Shown here: one piece after another, positions 39,268 to 48,960 of the stretch
Position numbering within the stretch: the first letter of the stretch is position 1
Layout of the letters: the number at the start of each line of letters is the position of its first letter
From: Acidobacteriota bacterium
GTDB lineage: Bacteria; Acidobacteriota; UBA6911
Assembly: GCA_963664705.1 (NCBI GenBank)
Contig: OY761556.1
Location: 96,001-160,000, forward strand
Direction of reading: 5' to 3'
Length of the DNA: 64,000 bases
Position numbers and translations under genes: made by a program
Notes under the pieces: generated by a model
What the model was told of the DNA's origin: nothing
Databases searched by the model: none
The model's input: only the letters and a program-made list of their open reading frames with translations

Positions 39268-39738
39268 CTATCGCCGAAGTGTCGCGACCAGTCTTTTGGG
39301 ATGGATCAGAAGACCCAAGGCCTCGCGAATGTCGCGGACGGCGATATCGGCGCCCAGCAGCGATTTTACTGCCGCTCCTTCGGGTCCGATGACCACGATG
39401 CCAAGCGCGGCCATGTTCACCATGTCCGCATCATTGGCACCGTTGCCGATGGCAACTACTTTCTCCCTGTCCAGTGTTTCGATATAGTTGAGTTTGGCCT
39501 GTGCCTGGTTTTGCTTGGGAATGAGGACCGCCTTTAGCGAAAGGGCTGCGTCAATGGCTTCCTGAAGGCCGTGTGTGTCGGCGGTGATCATATGGATTCG
39601 CAGGTGCGTGCGCAATGCGTCGAGCAGATCTGCGACGCCATCGAGCAACTGGCCATCCTTGGCGATGGTTCCGTTCACATCCAGAACCAGGTGCTCGAAT
39701 TGATATTTTCTATATCCGGGGATTTCAATTTCTATCAT
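39268..39738 (-). CDS. HAD-superfamily hydrolase (soluble P-type ATPase-like)
   Basis: LDVNGT, ITADT, IGNGAND, PKRLVATLR. Confidence 0.88.
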   Translation of the reverse strand: MIEIEIPGYRKYQFEHLVLDVNGTIAKDGQLLDGVADLLDALRTHLRIHMITADTHGLQEAIDAALSLKAVLIPKQNQAQAKLNYIETLDREKVVAIGNGANDADMVNMAALGIVVIGPEGAAVKSLLGADIAVRDIREALGLLIHPKRLVATLRR

Positions 39739-39761
39739 AAAATTATCCAGGAACCGGTAAG

Positions 39762-40916
39762 TTGCCCCCAAAGAGCTACATGCGACAGAATAGTCCAATC
39801 GGCAGAATTCGCTCCATAATATTTTCCAGCACGATGGGGATTTGTCTGTGGGCTGTCGTGGGCGCCTGGTACCTCATGCCGCCCAAACCGTCGATCGTGG
39901 AGTATTGGTTCAGCCGGAATTGGTACCGGTGGATATTGAGCTGGACCATTCCGTTAACCCAGGGGTTTGGATTCCCGCTGGTATTGGGCCTCGTGCCTCT
40001 TGCCTGCACCGGCTTTATCATTCTCTGGATAAGGAACTGGAGAAATATCAGGAATGTAAGACGGCAGTCGCACTGGGCCGGTTTTGGATGGGGAGCCAGG
40101 CGTTTCATTTGTGTCCTGCCGGTTCTGATTCTCTGGTTCCTGGCATTTTGGGGAGCCGGCTATCGAAGGTTGCCTGTTGCGCAGCGGCTCCACTTTGCAC
40201 AGTCGGCCATCAGCGAAGCGGATATGGTTCGCTTGCGTGGCCTTCTTTTGGATCGGATTACCGCGAACATGGTTTTGCCGCAAAATCGCGATCCATCCCA
40301 CAGCATACGAGCGATATCATTGTCGATGGCACGGCTGGTCGAACGCTGGGATGCCCGGCCCATCAGACTGCCGGCTCGTGTCAAGTTCACCCCGCGCGGA
40401 CTCCTGATGTGCAACGGCACCGCTGGCCTGTGCTCTCCCTTTACGCTCGAGCCTCTTGTTGACCGAGGCTTGCCGGAAGCGGCCGCCGTGTCTGCTGCGG
40501 CTCACGAACTTGGGCATATCGCCGGTTTTTGCGCTGAAGATGAAGCCTCCTTTGTCGGCTATCTTGCCGGGCTGCAGGCTGAAGATCCTTTCGCCGGTTA
40601 TGCATGCTCCCTGTATGCATACATGGATGCCATCGATGGCCTGGCACGAGATGATTACGTTAAAGCCTTTGATGTGCTTCCGGACCAGGCGAGACAAGAT
40701 GTTCGTGCGGCGCAGGAGGCATATCGAAGATACCGCATTGAGTGGTTCGGCCGAATCAGTTGGGCTGCCTATGACCGCTATCTTCAGGCACAGGGGATCG
40801 GAGAAGGAGTGAGAAATTATTCACATGGAATTACTCTACTCTGTTATGCGCTGTGTGACAGTCGTCAGACTGGAAATATGGGAAAAAGGAGCTGGCCGTC
40901 GGCTGGTAATCCATAA
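39762..40916 (+). CDS. DUF3810-like membrane protein (zincin HExxH); start uncertain
   Basis: TM helices; WGAGYRR, PFTLE, AHELGHIAG...EDEASF. Confidence 0.8.
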   Translation: MPPKSYMRQNSPIGRIRSIIFSSTMGICLWAVVGAWYLMPPKPSIVEYWFSRNWYRWILSWTIPLTQGFGFPLVLGLVPLACTGFIILWIRNWRNIRNVRRQSHWAGFGWGARRFICVLPVLILWFLAFWGAGYRRLPVAQRLHFAQSAISEADMVRLRGLLLDRITANMVLPQNRDPSHSIRAISLSMARLVERWDARPIRLPARVKFTPRGLLMCNGTAGLCSPFTLEPLVDRGLPEAAAVSAAAHELGHIAGFCAEDEASFVGYLAGLQAEDPFAGYACSLYAYMDAIDGLARDDYVKAFDVLPDQARQDVRAAQEAYRRYRIEWFGRISWAAYDRYLQAQGIGEGVRNYSHGITLLCYALCDSRQTGNMGKRSWPSAGNP

Positions 40917-40957
40917 CCGCTAGAATTAGTATAAGATAGGATGGACCAGGAGGAATT

Positions 40958-41581
40958 ATGGCAAGGACTCTTCATGTTGCGGCTGTTCTGATTTTCATGT
41001 TGGTGCTCTCCGCGGCCTCGCTCCAGGCCGAGACGCGTCTGGATGCATATTTTGGTATGGGAACGGCCACCGTTGGATCCTCCAACGATGTGGTTGATTT
41101 CTTTGGTTCAGGCGTCGGTCTGACAACCCCTTCGATGGATGGTGTGTTTGGTACCTTTGGCGCTGCTCTGATGTTGAAGCCAAGTCTCGGGGTTGGGGGG
41201 CAGGTTTCGGTTCGGTTCAAGCAGGGCGATTATGCGGGGCTGAATTATCGACCTGTATTTTACGACTTCAACGGAATTTGGACTCCCGAAATAGGAGACC
41301 ACATCATGCCGGAATTCCAGGCAGGCCTGGGTGGCGTCAATATGCGGTTTTATGATCCCACCACGAGCTACTACGACTATAACACCGGCCGGTACACTAC
41401 TTTTGTCGGAAGCACGAATCACTTTCAGCTCCACGCGGCCGCCGGGCTGCGGGTCTTCATCTCCCGTCGATTCTTTGTACGTCCGGCACTGGACTACCAC
41501 TGGGTGAAGGGTTTTACGTGGTTCAAAAGCAATTCCGTTCCCTCCTACAGTCTCTCGATCGGATTTACCTCTGGCCGATAG
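40958..41581 (+). CDS. Outer-membrane beta-barrel protein
   Basis: Signal peptide, amphipathic beta strands, SIGFT C-terminus; AGGAGG RBS. Confidence 0.75.
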   Translation: MARTLHVAAVLIFMLVLSAASLQAETRLDAYFGMGTATVGSSNDVVDFFGSGVGLTTPSMDGVFGTFGAALMLKPSLGVGGQVSVRFKQGDYAGLNYRPVFYDFNGIWTPEIGDHIMPEFQAGLGGVNMRFYDPTTSYYDYNTGRYTTFVGSTNHFQLHAAAGLRVFISRRFFVRPALDYHWVKGFTWFKSNSVPSYSLSIGFTSGR

Positions 41582-41601
41582 CCCGTAGGGCGCTGTGCCA
41601 T

Positions 41602-42248
41602 TGGGAGCGCCGCCGGGACGGCCAATGCCGCATGCTAATGGCGCAAGGAACCTGGATGCGATGCATCTCGCCCCCGGATTGGGTTAGGCCGGTAACAAGC
41701 ACTCCTAAGGCGCTCGATGCAAATCGGGAATCATAACTATATTTGTTCCAAGTATTTAACTAAACAGAGAAAAAGCAAAAAAATAAATCGAGTTCCCTTG
41801 ATGTTTGGAACACCACCGGTGGGCGGGCTGCTGAAGGGGCGGCAGAATGTCGATCTTTCGCCCCTACCGGGGCTCTTTCTCGCGCGTATCTCTACCGGGG
41901 GTTCGCTTCGCTTCACCCCCGGCTACGATCTTTCGGCCCTCCGGGCCTGTTGCTTCAGTTGCGTCGCAGGGCCTAGCGCAAATAGTATGTGGCATTCGAC
42001 GTCTCGCCGGCAAAGAGCATAGCCGCTTTCACGAGTCTGATGCCGCCGTCCCGGCTAATGCCGCATATTTTTTGCCCAAGGAAGCCGGAAGCACGAGGCT
42101 TTCCAGCCCCAGCGGGGCGGCCAGAACGTAGCCGGGGGTGAGCGCTTTTTGCGAACCCCCGGATTGGATTAGTCCTGTATCAAGCCCTGACGGGGCGGCA
42201 GAAAAATGAAGAACTTCGTCGCCTGACTTACAAATAGTATGTAGATTA
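41602..42248. repeat. Composite cluster of MITE fragments and REP-like palindromes
   Basis: About 41830-41996 and 42040-42203 match the reverse complement of the two halves of 44940-45255; TAATGCCGCAT-type ends at 41623, 41996, 42056 and 42248. Confidence 0.8.
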
Positions 42249-42286
42249 GGCAAGGCGTTGGCGCTTTCTGTCCGCGTTCTTCGTGA

Positions 42287-43489
42287 TCAAAATCCGGGAA
42301 ATGGGGAGAGAGCTCGATCGAGAACTCCCAGCGAGTAGGTGATGGCGACGCCATAGTTTGTGATCGGGATGCCTGCTTCGCGGCAGCGCAAAATCCTGGA
42401 GATGACCTCGCGGCGGTTCAGCATGCATGAGCCGCAATGAATCACCAGATTGTAGCCTTCGAGATCCTGTGGGAAGTCATGTCCCTGCATGTGGACAAAG
42501 TCCAGATCCACTCCGGTATACTGGCGCACCCATCGCGGAATCTTTACCCTGCCGATATCCTCTCCTATGGGGTGATGGGCACAGGATTCCAGGACCAGGA
42601 CGCGATTCCCCGCTTTCAGTTTATCGATGGCTTTGACGCCTCGAACAAACTCCCTCAGGTCTCCTTTCAACCGGGCGAAGAGGATGGAAAACGAGGTCAG
42701 CGGGACTTCTGGCGGTATATCGCCTGCTACCCGCAGAAATGCCTGGGAATCTGTCACAACGAGGGCTGGCGGCCTTTTGAGCCGGTCCAAGGCATCGCGC
42801 AGTTCCCGTTCCTTTACAACAAGGCAATAGGCGTCGTTGTCCAGGCAATCCCGGATCGATTGGACTTGGGGCAGAATAAGCCGTCCGCGCGGGGCCTCCA
42901 GGTCGATAGGCACTACCAATACCACCAGTTCCCCGGGTGTGATAAGGTCGCCGAGGATCGATGGCGTGTCGACGAATTCCTCGGGCGCCGTGCGTATCAG
43001 GGCTTCGCGGAGATCCGGCATCCCGGCTCCGTTGCTGGCTGCAGTTTTTACGGTGCGCAGCTTTCTGGACTTGAGGTCCTGTAATACGCTGTCCGCAGGA
43101 CTGGCAAGGTCCAGCTTATTGAAGACCACAACCACGGGTGTTTTCCGGGATTCCAGTTCGGACAGGATCTTCTCCTCGAACTCTCCCCATCGATCCGCTT
43201 CCGCTACCAGGATCCCTAGATCGGTCCGTTCGAATACCTGCCGAGTACGTTCCGCCCGCATTTCCCCAAGGGCTCCGACGTCGTCGATCCCTGCCGTATC
43301 AATGAATAAAACCGGCCCCAGGGGCAACAGCTCCATCGGCTTTTCCACGGGATCGGTTGTTGTTCCGGGGACATCCGAAACAATGGAGACTTCCTGCCGC
43401 GTCAGTGCGTTCAGAAGCGATGATTTGCCTACATTGCGGCGTCCAAATAGTCCGATGTGAAGCCTCATTCCTTTTGGAGTGTCTTTCAT
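42287..43489 (-). CDS. hydF: [FeFe]-hydrogenase H-cluster maturation GTPase HydF
   Basis: GRRNVGKSS, TTTDPV, DTAG, NKLD, GRLILPQVQ, CAHH...HCGSC cluster motif, TNYG. Confidence 0.97.
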   Translation of the reverse strand: MKDTPKGMRLHIGLFGRRNVGKSSLLNALTRQEVSIVSDVPGTTTDPVEKPMELLPLGPVLFIDTAGIDDVGALGEMRAERTRQVFERTDLGILVAEADRWGEFEEKILSELESRKTPVVVVFNKLDLASPADSVLQDLKSRKLRTVKTAASNGAGMPDLREALIRTAPEEFVDTPSILGDLITPGELVVLVVPIDLEAPRGRLILPQVQSIRDCLDNDAYCLVVKERELRDALDRLKRPPALVVTDSQAFLRVAGDIPPEVPLTSFSILFARLKGDLREFVRGVKAIDKLKAGNRVLVLESCAHHPIGEDIGRVKIPRWVRQYTGVDLDFVHMQGHDFPQDLEGYNLVIHCGSCMLNRREVISRILRCREAGIPITNYGVAITYSLGVLDRALSPFPGF

Positions 43490-44898
43490 TCTTTGTCCTC
43501 AGGGGTGGGTGAGCCCAGACGGGAGACGCTCTCGGGAGAGATCAGTCGCTCGAACTCTTCGACCGACAGGAATCCTCGTTCAATGGCAATATCCCGAATT
43601 CTTTTCCCCTCTGACTGAGCGATGGAGCCGATCTCCTGGGCCTTTTCATACCCAAGAACCTCCACCAGTGCTGTAAGAAGTGCCGTGGCCCCTTCCACAT
43701 GAGCCCGGCAACGTGTTTCATCCGCTTCAATGCCTGCAACGCAGTATTCGCGGAAGATACGGCAGGCGTGACGAAGAAGGTCCAGGCTGGAAAGCAGGGT
43801 GTCGGCAATCAGAGGCATGAAAGCGTTCAGCTCCAGGTTGCCCATGGCGCAGGCTTGCGTGAGCGCCTGATCATTCGCCATTACGAGCATAGATGCCTGG
43901 GAAACCGCTTCCGGGATGACCGGGTTTATTTTGCCGGGCATAATCGAGGAGCCCGCCTGGCGCTGTGGCAGCTTGATTTCGCCGAATCCCGCGTCCGGCC
44001 CGGAAGACGTCAGCCGAAGATCCGTAGCGGTCTTCAGCAGATTGGCTGCGCAGGCTTTCAAAATTCCACTGACTTCAACAAACACATCGGCATTTTGGGT
44101 GCATTCGACCAGGTTCTCGGCGCGCGCCAGCCCCAGGTGGGTTATTTCGCGCAGCCGGTCGACTACCTTGAAAATATACTGGCGCGGTGCCGAGAGGCCC
44201 GTCCCGATCGCCGTTCCGCCAAGATTCACGATGCGCAGGCGTTCCTCACATTTGTAAATGCGCCAGCGGTCCCGGGCAAACGCCTCCGAGTAAGCTCCCA
44301 TTTCGCGGCCCAGCGTTACGAGTACCGCATCCTGTAATTGTGTTCTCCCTACTTTGACGATTCTGGCGAATTGATGCTCCTTGCGCTGAAACTCCTCGAG
44401 CAGTTTGATCACCTCGGGCTGAAGCATTCGCAGAGACTGGATGGCTGCGACTTTCAGCGCGGTGGGGTAGGTATCGTTTGTAGACTGGTGGAGGTTGATG
44501 TCGTCAATCGGGTGAATGGTTCCATAATCGCCCAGGGGATTCCCCATAATTTGCAGCGCCCGATTGGCGAGAACCTCGTTGACGTTCATGTTTGTCGAAG
44601 TCCCGGCTCCCCCCTGGAGTGCATCCACGAAGATGTGGGAGTCCAGTTGCCCTTCCATCATTTCCTCGCAGGCCGCCGCGATGACACGGGCTTTCGTGGC
44701 GCTCCACCATCCCAACCCATGATTCGTTTGGGCGCAGGCGAGTTTGACCGCTCCGAAGGCGTGAATAAGGGCAGGGTTTACAGGGCGGAGCGCGAGAGGG
44801 AAATTTTCCAGAGCTCTGACAGTATGGATGCCATAAAGGGCGTCGGCCGGAACTTCGCGGGCTCCAAGTAAATCATGTTCGGTTCGGTACGCGGTCAT
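43486..44898 (-). CDS. aspA: Aspartate ammonia-lyase family protein
   Basis: YGIHTVRA.ENF, QGGAGTSTNMNVNEV, QSTND, GRTQLQDA, GSSIMPGKINPVIPE. Confidence 0.92.
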   Translation of the reverse strand: MTAYRTEHDLLGAREVPADALYGIHTVRALENFPLALRPVNPALIHAFGAVKLACAQTNHGLGWWSATKARVIAAACEEMMEGQLDSHIFVDALQGGAGTSTNMNVNEVLANRALQIMGNPLGDYGTIHPIDDINLHQSTNDTYPTALKVAAIQSLRMLQPEVIKLLEEFQRKEHQFARIVKVGRTQLQDAVLVTLGREMGAYSEAFARDRWRIYKCEERLRIVNLGGTAIGTGLSAPRQYIFKVVDRLREITHLGLARAENLVECTQNADVFVEVSGILKACAANLLKTATDLRLTSSGPDAGFGEIKLPQRQAGSSIMPGKINPVIPEAVSQASMLVMANDQALTQACAMGNLELNAFMPLIADTLLSSLDLLRHACRIFREYCVAGIEADETRCRAHVEGATALLTALVEVLGYEKAQEIGSIAQSEGKRIRDIAIERGFLSVEEFERLISPESVSRLGSPTPEDKE

Positions 44899-44939
44899 AA
44901 GTTCAGCTTTATCGGAACGGGAAGTACAGCCGTCCCGGC

Positions 44940-45236
44940 TAATGCTACATACTATTTGCCCTAAGCCCTTCAACTCGAGTGAAGCAAAAGGCCCGGAGGG
45001 CCGAAAGAGCGTAGCCGGGGGTGAAGCGAAGCGAACCCCCGGTCAAGAGAGCAGGCATGGGAGCCCTGAAAGGGCGAAAGATCGGCATTCTGCCGCCCTT
45101 TCAGGGCTTGGTACCTGGTCTAATCCAATCCGGGGGTTCGCAAAAAGCGCTCACCCCCGGCTACGTTCTGGCCGCCCCTTCGGGGCTGAGGGGCATCGCG
45201 CTTCCGGCTTCCTTGGGCAAATAATATGCGGCATTA
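44940..45236. mobile_element. 297-bp non-autonomous element (MITE) with IS4-like terminal inverted repeats and 11-bp flanking direct repeat
   Basis: Ends TAATGCTACATACTATTTGCCC / GGGCAAATAATATGCGGCATTA (19/22 match); GCCGTCCCGGC at 44929-44939 and 45237-45247; interior is an inverted GTAG-REP doublet. Confidence 0.8.
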
Positions 45237-45308
45237 GCCGTCCCGGCGGCATCAGTATTGTCGAAGCGGCTACGCCTTGGCCGGCGAGACGCAGCATCTT
45301 CCAATTTC

Positions 45309-46523
45309 TCACTGTACCGCGGCCGGTTCCACAGGCGCGGCCGGGGCTGTGCGGCTTTCGTCCTGGGATTTTGACTCAGCAGCCTTCGGCTCGGCATTGC
45401 GGCGCATGGTGACCACAAAGGCGCTGCCCACATCGGGCTGGCTTTTGGCGGTAATATCTCCTTCGTAGAGGGTCACGATTTTCTTGAGTGTGGACAATCC
45501 CAACCCGCTTCCCAGGATGCCTCGCGTTTTTTCGTTTTTGATCCTCGAGAAATCGGAGAACAGGCGTTTGCATTCTTCCGGGGACATCCCAATGCCGGTA
45601 TCCTCAACCTGGATCTTGATGTCATCCCCCAAAGATTGCAGGGTAACGGTGATGCGTCCGTTATCACGGTTGTATTTGATCGCGTTGGAGACAAGATTGT
45701 TATAAATCATGTCGATTTCGGTGCGATCCGCTTTCATTACCAGTTCGCCCGGAAGTTTCAACTCGATCTCGATATTGCGGCGCTGAGCTTCGGGCCTCAT
45801 ATTTTCGACTGCCGTGCGCGCGGCTTCCGCCAGATCCACATCGGTGACGTTCCTTTGACGCTGGCCTGATTCGATGGCGGTCAAATCCAGCAGATCCGAA
45901 ATGAGTTTGCGCATTCCTTCGATTCGAAGGAGGCTGCGGTCCACCATCCGGTCGTAGGCAGGCAGACTATCGCCCAGCGACCGTTCCCGGATCATCTGGA
46001 GATAGCCTTCAATGGCTGCAATGGGCGCTTTCATTTCATGCGCCAGAACCGAAATGAACTGGAAACGGACCTGGCGTTTTTCCTCCGCCAGCCGGCGCGC
46101 CTGCCGCTGCAGGATGAGGTGCCTGGCTGCTTTTCGAACGGCTCCCCGGAGTTCCTCCGGGGTGAACGGCTTTGCCAGAAAATCATAGGCGCCGCGCCGT
46201 GTAGCGGTTACGGCAGTGTCCAGGGATGCGTAGGCGGTGATCATGATAGTCAGCAGATCCAGCCCGCGCTTGCCTATCCCTTCCAGGAGATCCAGCCCTG
46301 CGGCATCCGGAAGTTTATGATCCAGGAGCAGAATGTCGGTTTTCCCTTCATTGAGGATTTCCTCGAGCTCCTTGCCGGTGGCTGCGGTACGGATTTCAAA
46401 CCGGACTTCGCCTCCGATATCCGGCAGGTGCAGCACCATATCCCGCAACGCACGATCGGCGCCGCGCCGCATTCCGTATTCATCATCCACAACCAGGATG
46501 TGCAGGGTTTCCACGTGAGCCAT
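45309..46523 (-). CDS. Hybrid receiver-histidine kinase
   Basis: ILVVDDE...LLDHKLP...KPF; LAHEMKAP H-box; NLVSNAIKY, DTGIG, GSGLGL. Confidence 0.93.
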   Translation of the reverse strand: MAHVETLHILVVDDEYGMRRGADRALRDMVLHLPDIGGEVRFEIRTAATGKELEEILNEGKTDILLLDHKLPDAAGLDLLEGIGKRGLDLLTIMITAYASLDTAVTATRRGAYDFLAKPFTPEELRGAVRKAARHLILQRQARRLAEEKRQVRFQFISVLAHEMKAPIAAIEGYLQMIRERSLGDSLPAYDRMVDRSLLRIEGMRKLISDLLDLTAIESGQRQRNVTDVDLAEAARTAVENMRPEAQRRNIEIELKLPGELVMKADRTEIDMIYNNLVSNAIKYNRDNGRITVTLQSLGDDIKIQVEDTGIGMSPEECKRLFSDFSRIKNEKTRGILGSGLGLSTLKKIVTLYEGDITAKSQPDVGSAFVVTMRRNAEPKAAESKSQDESRTAPAAPVEPAAVQ

Positions 46524-46529
46524 CCGTTG

Positions 46530-46913
46530 CTACTTCGTTTCTTTCAGCAATTTGTCGACTTCGTCCGCGAGTACGCGCGGGTTGACCGGTTTTTCAATGA
46601 ACCGGCTTATCGGGAGCCATGTTTCATCCGGCTCGAAACTGTACCCGAGCTGCATTTCTTTGCGAATGCCGGTCAGCATAATCATCGGCATGGCGGAATA
46701 CATTTCGTGGAGGGCTCGGGCAAGGTCAAAACCCGCGGTCTTGTCTTCCATCATCACATCCAGCACCGCGAGGTCCGGCGTTTTGGCCTGGGCAGTTTGG
46801 CGAGCTTCAGCCGCAGAATAGGCCACCGCAACGTCATGGCCGCGCTGAGTCAGAACGGTTTTGTTCATCTCCACTAGATCCTGATCGTCATCAACCAAAA
46901 GAATGTATGCCAT
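46530..46913 (-). CDS. Single-domain response regulator
   Basis: ILLVDDD, VLDVMM, MLTG, EKP. Confidence 0.92.
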   Translation of the reverse strand: MAYILLVDDDQDLVEMNKTVLTQRGHDVAVAYSAAEARQTAQAKTPDLAVLDVMMEDKTAGFDLARALHEMYSAMPMIMLTGIRKEMQLGYSFEPDETWLPISRFIEKPVNPRVLADEVDKLLKETK

Positions 46914-46938
46914 AACGCTCTCCTCGTATTTTGCGGTT

Positions 46939-48933
46939 TTACTCATCCAGCGCCTTGCGCGGGAGTTTTACAGTAAAGGTCGTACCTGTCGGGCCAACAG
47001 ACGGATCGTTATTGGATACGATGCTGAGGTCTCCCCGATGCATCTTTACAATGCCGTAGGTTACCGCCAGCCCAAGCCCGGTTCCCTTTCCAATCTGTTT
47101 CGTCGTGAAGAACGGTTCGCAGACCTTGCCGAGGTTCTCTTTGGAGATTCCAATGCCCGTATCCTTAACGGCGAACCAGATATGCGTCTCGTTCGACCCG
47201 ATGTGAATATTGATATTGCCTCCCTCGGGCATCGCATCGCAAGCATTACTGAATAAATTTGTGATGACTTGGTTGATTTGGTCCGGATCCAGGTCGACAA
47301 CCAGGTCCTCTGCTACCGGATCCACTTCCGCCGTCACGTTGGCAGGGAATGGATAGGATTTGACCGCATGCTGCAACAGAGCGCACAGGTCTACATTACG
47401 GAATACGGCCTTATTCTGTCGCGCAAAATGCAGAAGCCGCAGCACGATTTTCTTGCAGCGGTCGGCCTGCTCGACGATCATGTTGAGATCTTCGCGCCAT
47501 TCCGGGAACTGCTCTGCCTGTTCAAGGAGCATATGGGAATGCATCAGAACAATTCCGAGCGGGTTATTCACTTCGTGTGCCACGCCGGCCGCCAGCTGAC
47601 CCATGCTGGCCAGCCTTTCCGAATGCATCAAGGCTTCCTGCGTGTTGACGAGCTCCTGGTGGGAAACGGCCAGTTCTTTGACCGTGGTGCGCAGCTTGTC
47701 GATGGTATAGGGCAGGCACATTTCCGTTTCGGCCAGGTGGCGGTGAATGGCGATGGCATGCTGGACGCAGGAGTCATAGCCACAGGCGCCGCAATTCAGC
47801 TCATCTTCCGGTTTTTCCTTGCCCATCCGTGCCAGAATAGAGGTGACTTCTTCCCGGGATGGCTGGGAAACGCGCTGGTCATAGGTCCGGAAACCCCGGG
47901 AGAGGTCTGTATCGGCAAATTTTATTATGTCCTGTTCCCATTGTTCTTTGTGGGCTGCCCAATGCTTTTGCACAAACTGACGGACCATGCTGCGCCGTCG
48001 GAACAGAGCCGTGTTGGTCGTCATTCCCGCGCCCATGATGCACCCGTTGCAACACAGGACTTCCAGCAGCCGAACATTGAGGCTGTTGGAATCGACCGCC
48101 TGAATGGCGTCCGCAAAATTGGTGCGTCCGTCGGTGGCAAGCACCTGCCCGTCCATGAGATCTTCGCTGATGTGCGCGGCCTGCAGAAGCCCGCGGCTGA
48201 TTGGGAATAGTCCGCCGGGACCGCTCCAGGGCGGATCGAACTCACTGGGCTCCACCGATTCCGGTTTGATCCCGGAGTCTGAAAGCATCTGGCGAAGCTC
48301 GGAGAAGGTCAGGACGGCAGCGACTTCTCCTTCCAGGGCTTCACTCGCAGCCTCTCCTTTTTTGGCAATGCAGGGGCCGACAAATACAAACTTCAGGTCA
48401 GGGCCATGAATTCTTCGCAGAACACGCGCTGCCGCAACCATTGGGGAAACAATCGGGGCGAGACGGGGAACCAGGTCGGGATAGTATCGTTCTACATACC
48501 CGACCAGAGCCGGGCAAGTGGTGGCGATGAACTTGCCATCGGGATTTTCGTCCAGAAGTTCCCGGTATCTGCGGGCCACCAGATCGGCGGCGAACCCTAC
48601 TTCGTGGACATACTGAAAGCCCAGGGCTCGCACCATGCCGATGACTTTTTCGTATTCGACTTCCTCGAATTCTGCGGGGAAACTGGGCGCGATCAGGGCC
48701 GCGACCCGGCTGTCTCCTTCGAGCAGCCGGGCTACTTCCTGCGTTCCGTCCAGTACCTTTTTGGCACCCTGGCTGCAAACACGCGCACAGTTGCCACAGC
48801 CGATGCAGCGTTCGGGAATAACATGAGCCTGGCCATCGGAAATTCCTATGGCTTTGGCTGGGCATTCCCGGACACATGTGTAACAGACCCTACATCGTTC
48901 ATTAATCGTCTGTACAAAACATGCAACTTGCAT
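46939..48933 (-). CDS. Sensory (group C-like) [FeFe]-hydrogenase domain fused to a histidine kinase
   Basis: 2x[4Fe-4S]; APSF; H-cluster-like motifs TTCPA / GPCIAKKGE / EVLCCNGC; NCGACGY FeS domain; AHEVNNP H-box; FFTTK, GTGLGL. Confidence 0.9.
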   Translation of the reverse strand: MQVACFVQTINERCRVCYTCVRECPAKAIGISDGQAHVIPERCIGCGNCARVCSQGAKKVLDGTQEVARLLEGDSRVAALIAPSFPAEFEEVEYEKVIGMVRALGFQYVHEVGFAADLVARRYRELLDENPDGKFIATTCPALVGYVERYYPDLVPRLAPIVSPMVAAARVLRRIHGPDLKFVFVGPCIAKKGEAASEALEGEVAAVLTFSELRQMLSDSGIKPESVEPSEFDPPWSGPGGLFPISRGLLQAAHISEDLMDGQVLATDGRTNFADAIQAVDSNSLNVRLLEVLCCNGCIMGAGMTTNTALFRRRSMVRQFVQKHWAAHKEQWEQDIIKFADTDLSRGFRTYDQRVSQPSREEVTSILARMGKEKPEDELNCGACGYDSCVQHAIAIHRHLAETEMCLPYTIDKLRTTVKELAVSHQELVNTQEALMHSERLASMGQLAAGVAHEVNNPLGIVLMHSHMLLEQAEQFPEWREDLNMIVEQADRCKKIVLRLLHFARQNKAVFRNVDLCALLQHAVKSYPFPANVTAEVDPVAEDLVVDLDPDQINQVITNLFSNACDAMPEGGNINIHIGSNETHIWFAVKDTGIGISKENLGKVCEPFFTTKQIGKGTGLGLAVTYGIVKMHRGDLSIVSNNDPSVGPTGTTFTVKLPRKALDE

Positions 48934-48960
48934 TCTGGCCTTTCCGGACTTATTCCGGAG

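Noticed and set aside
41602-42248. Possible CRISPR array
   Set aside because: Repeats are inverted, irregularly spaced and dispersed; no constant repeat-spacer period and no cas genes.
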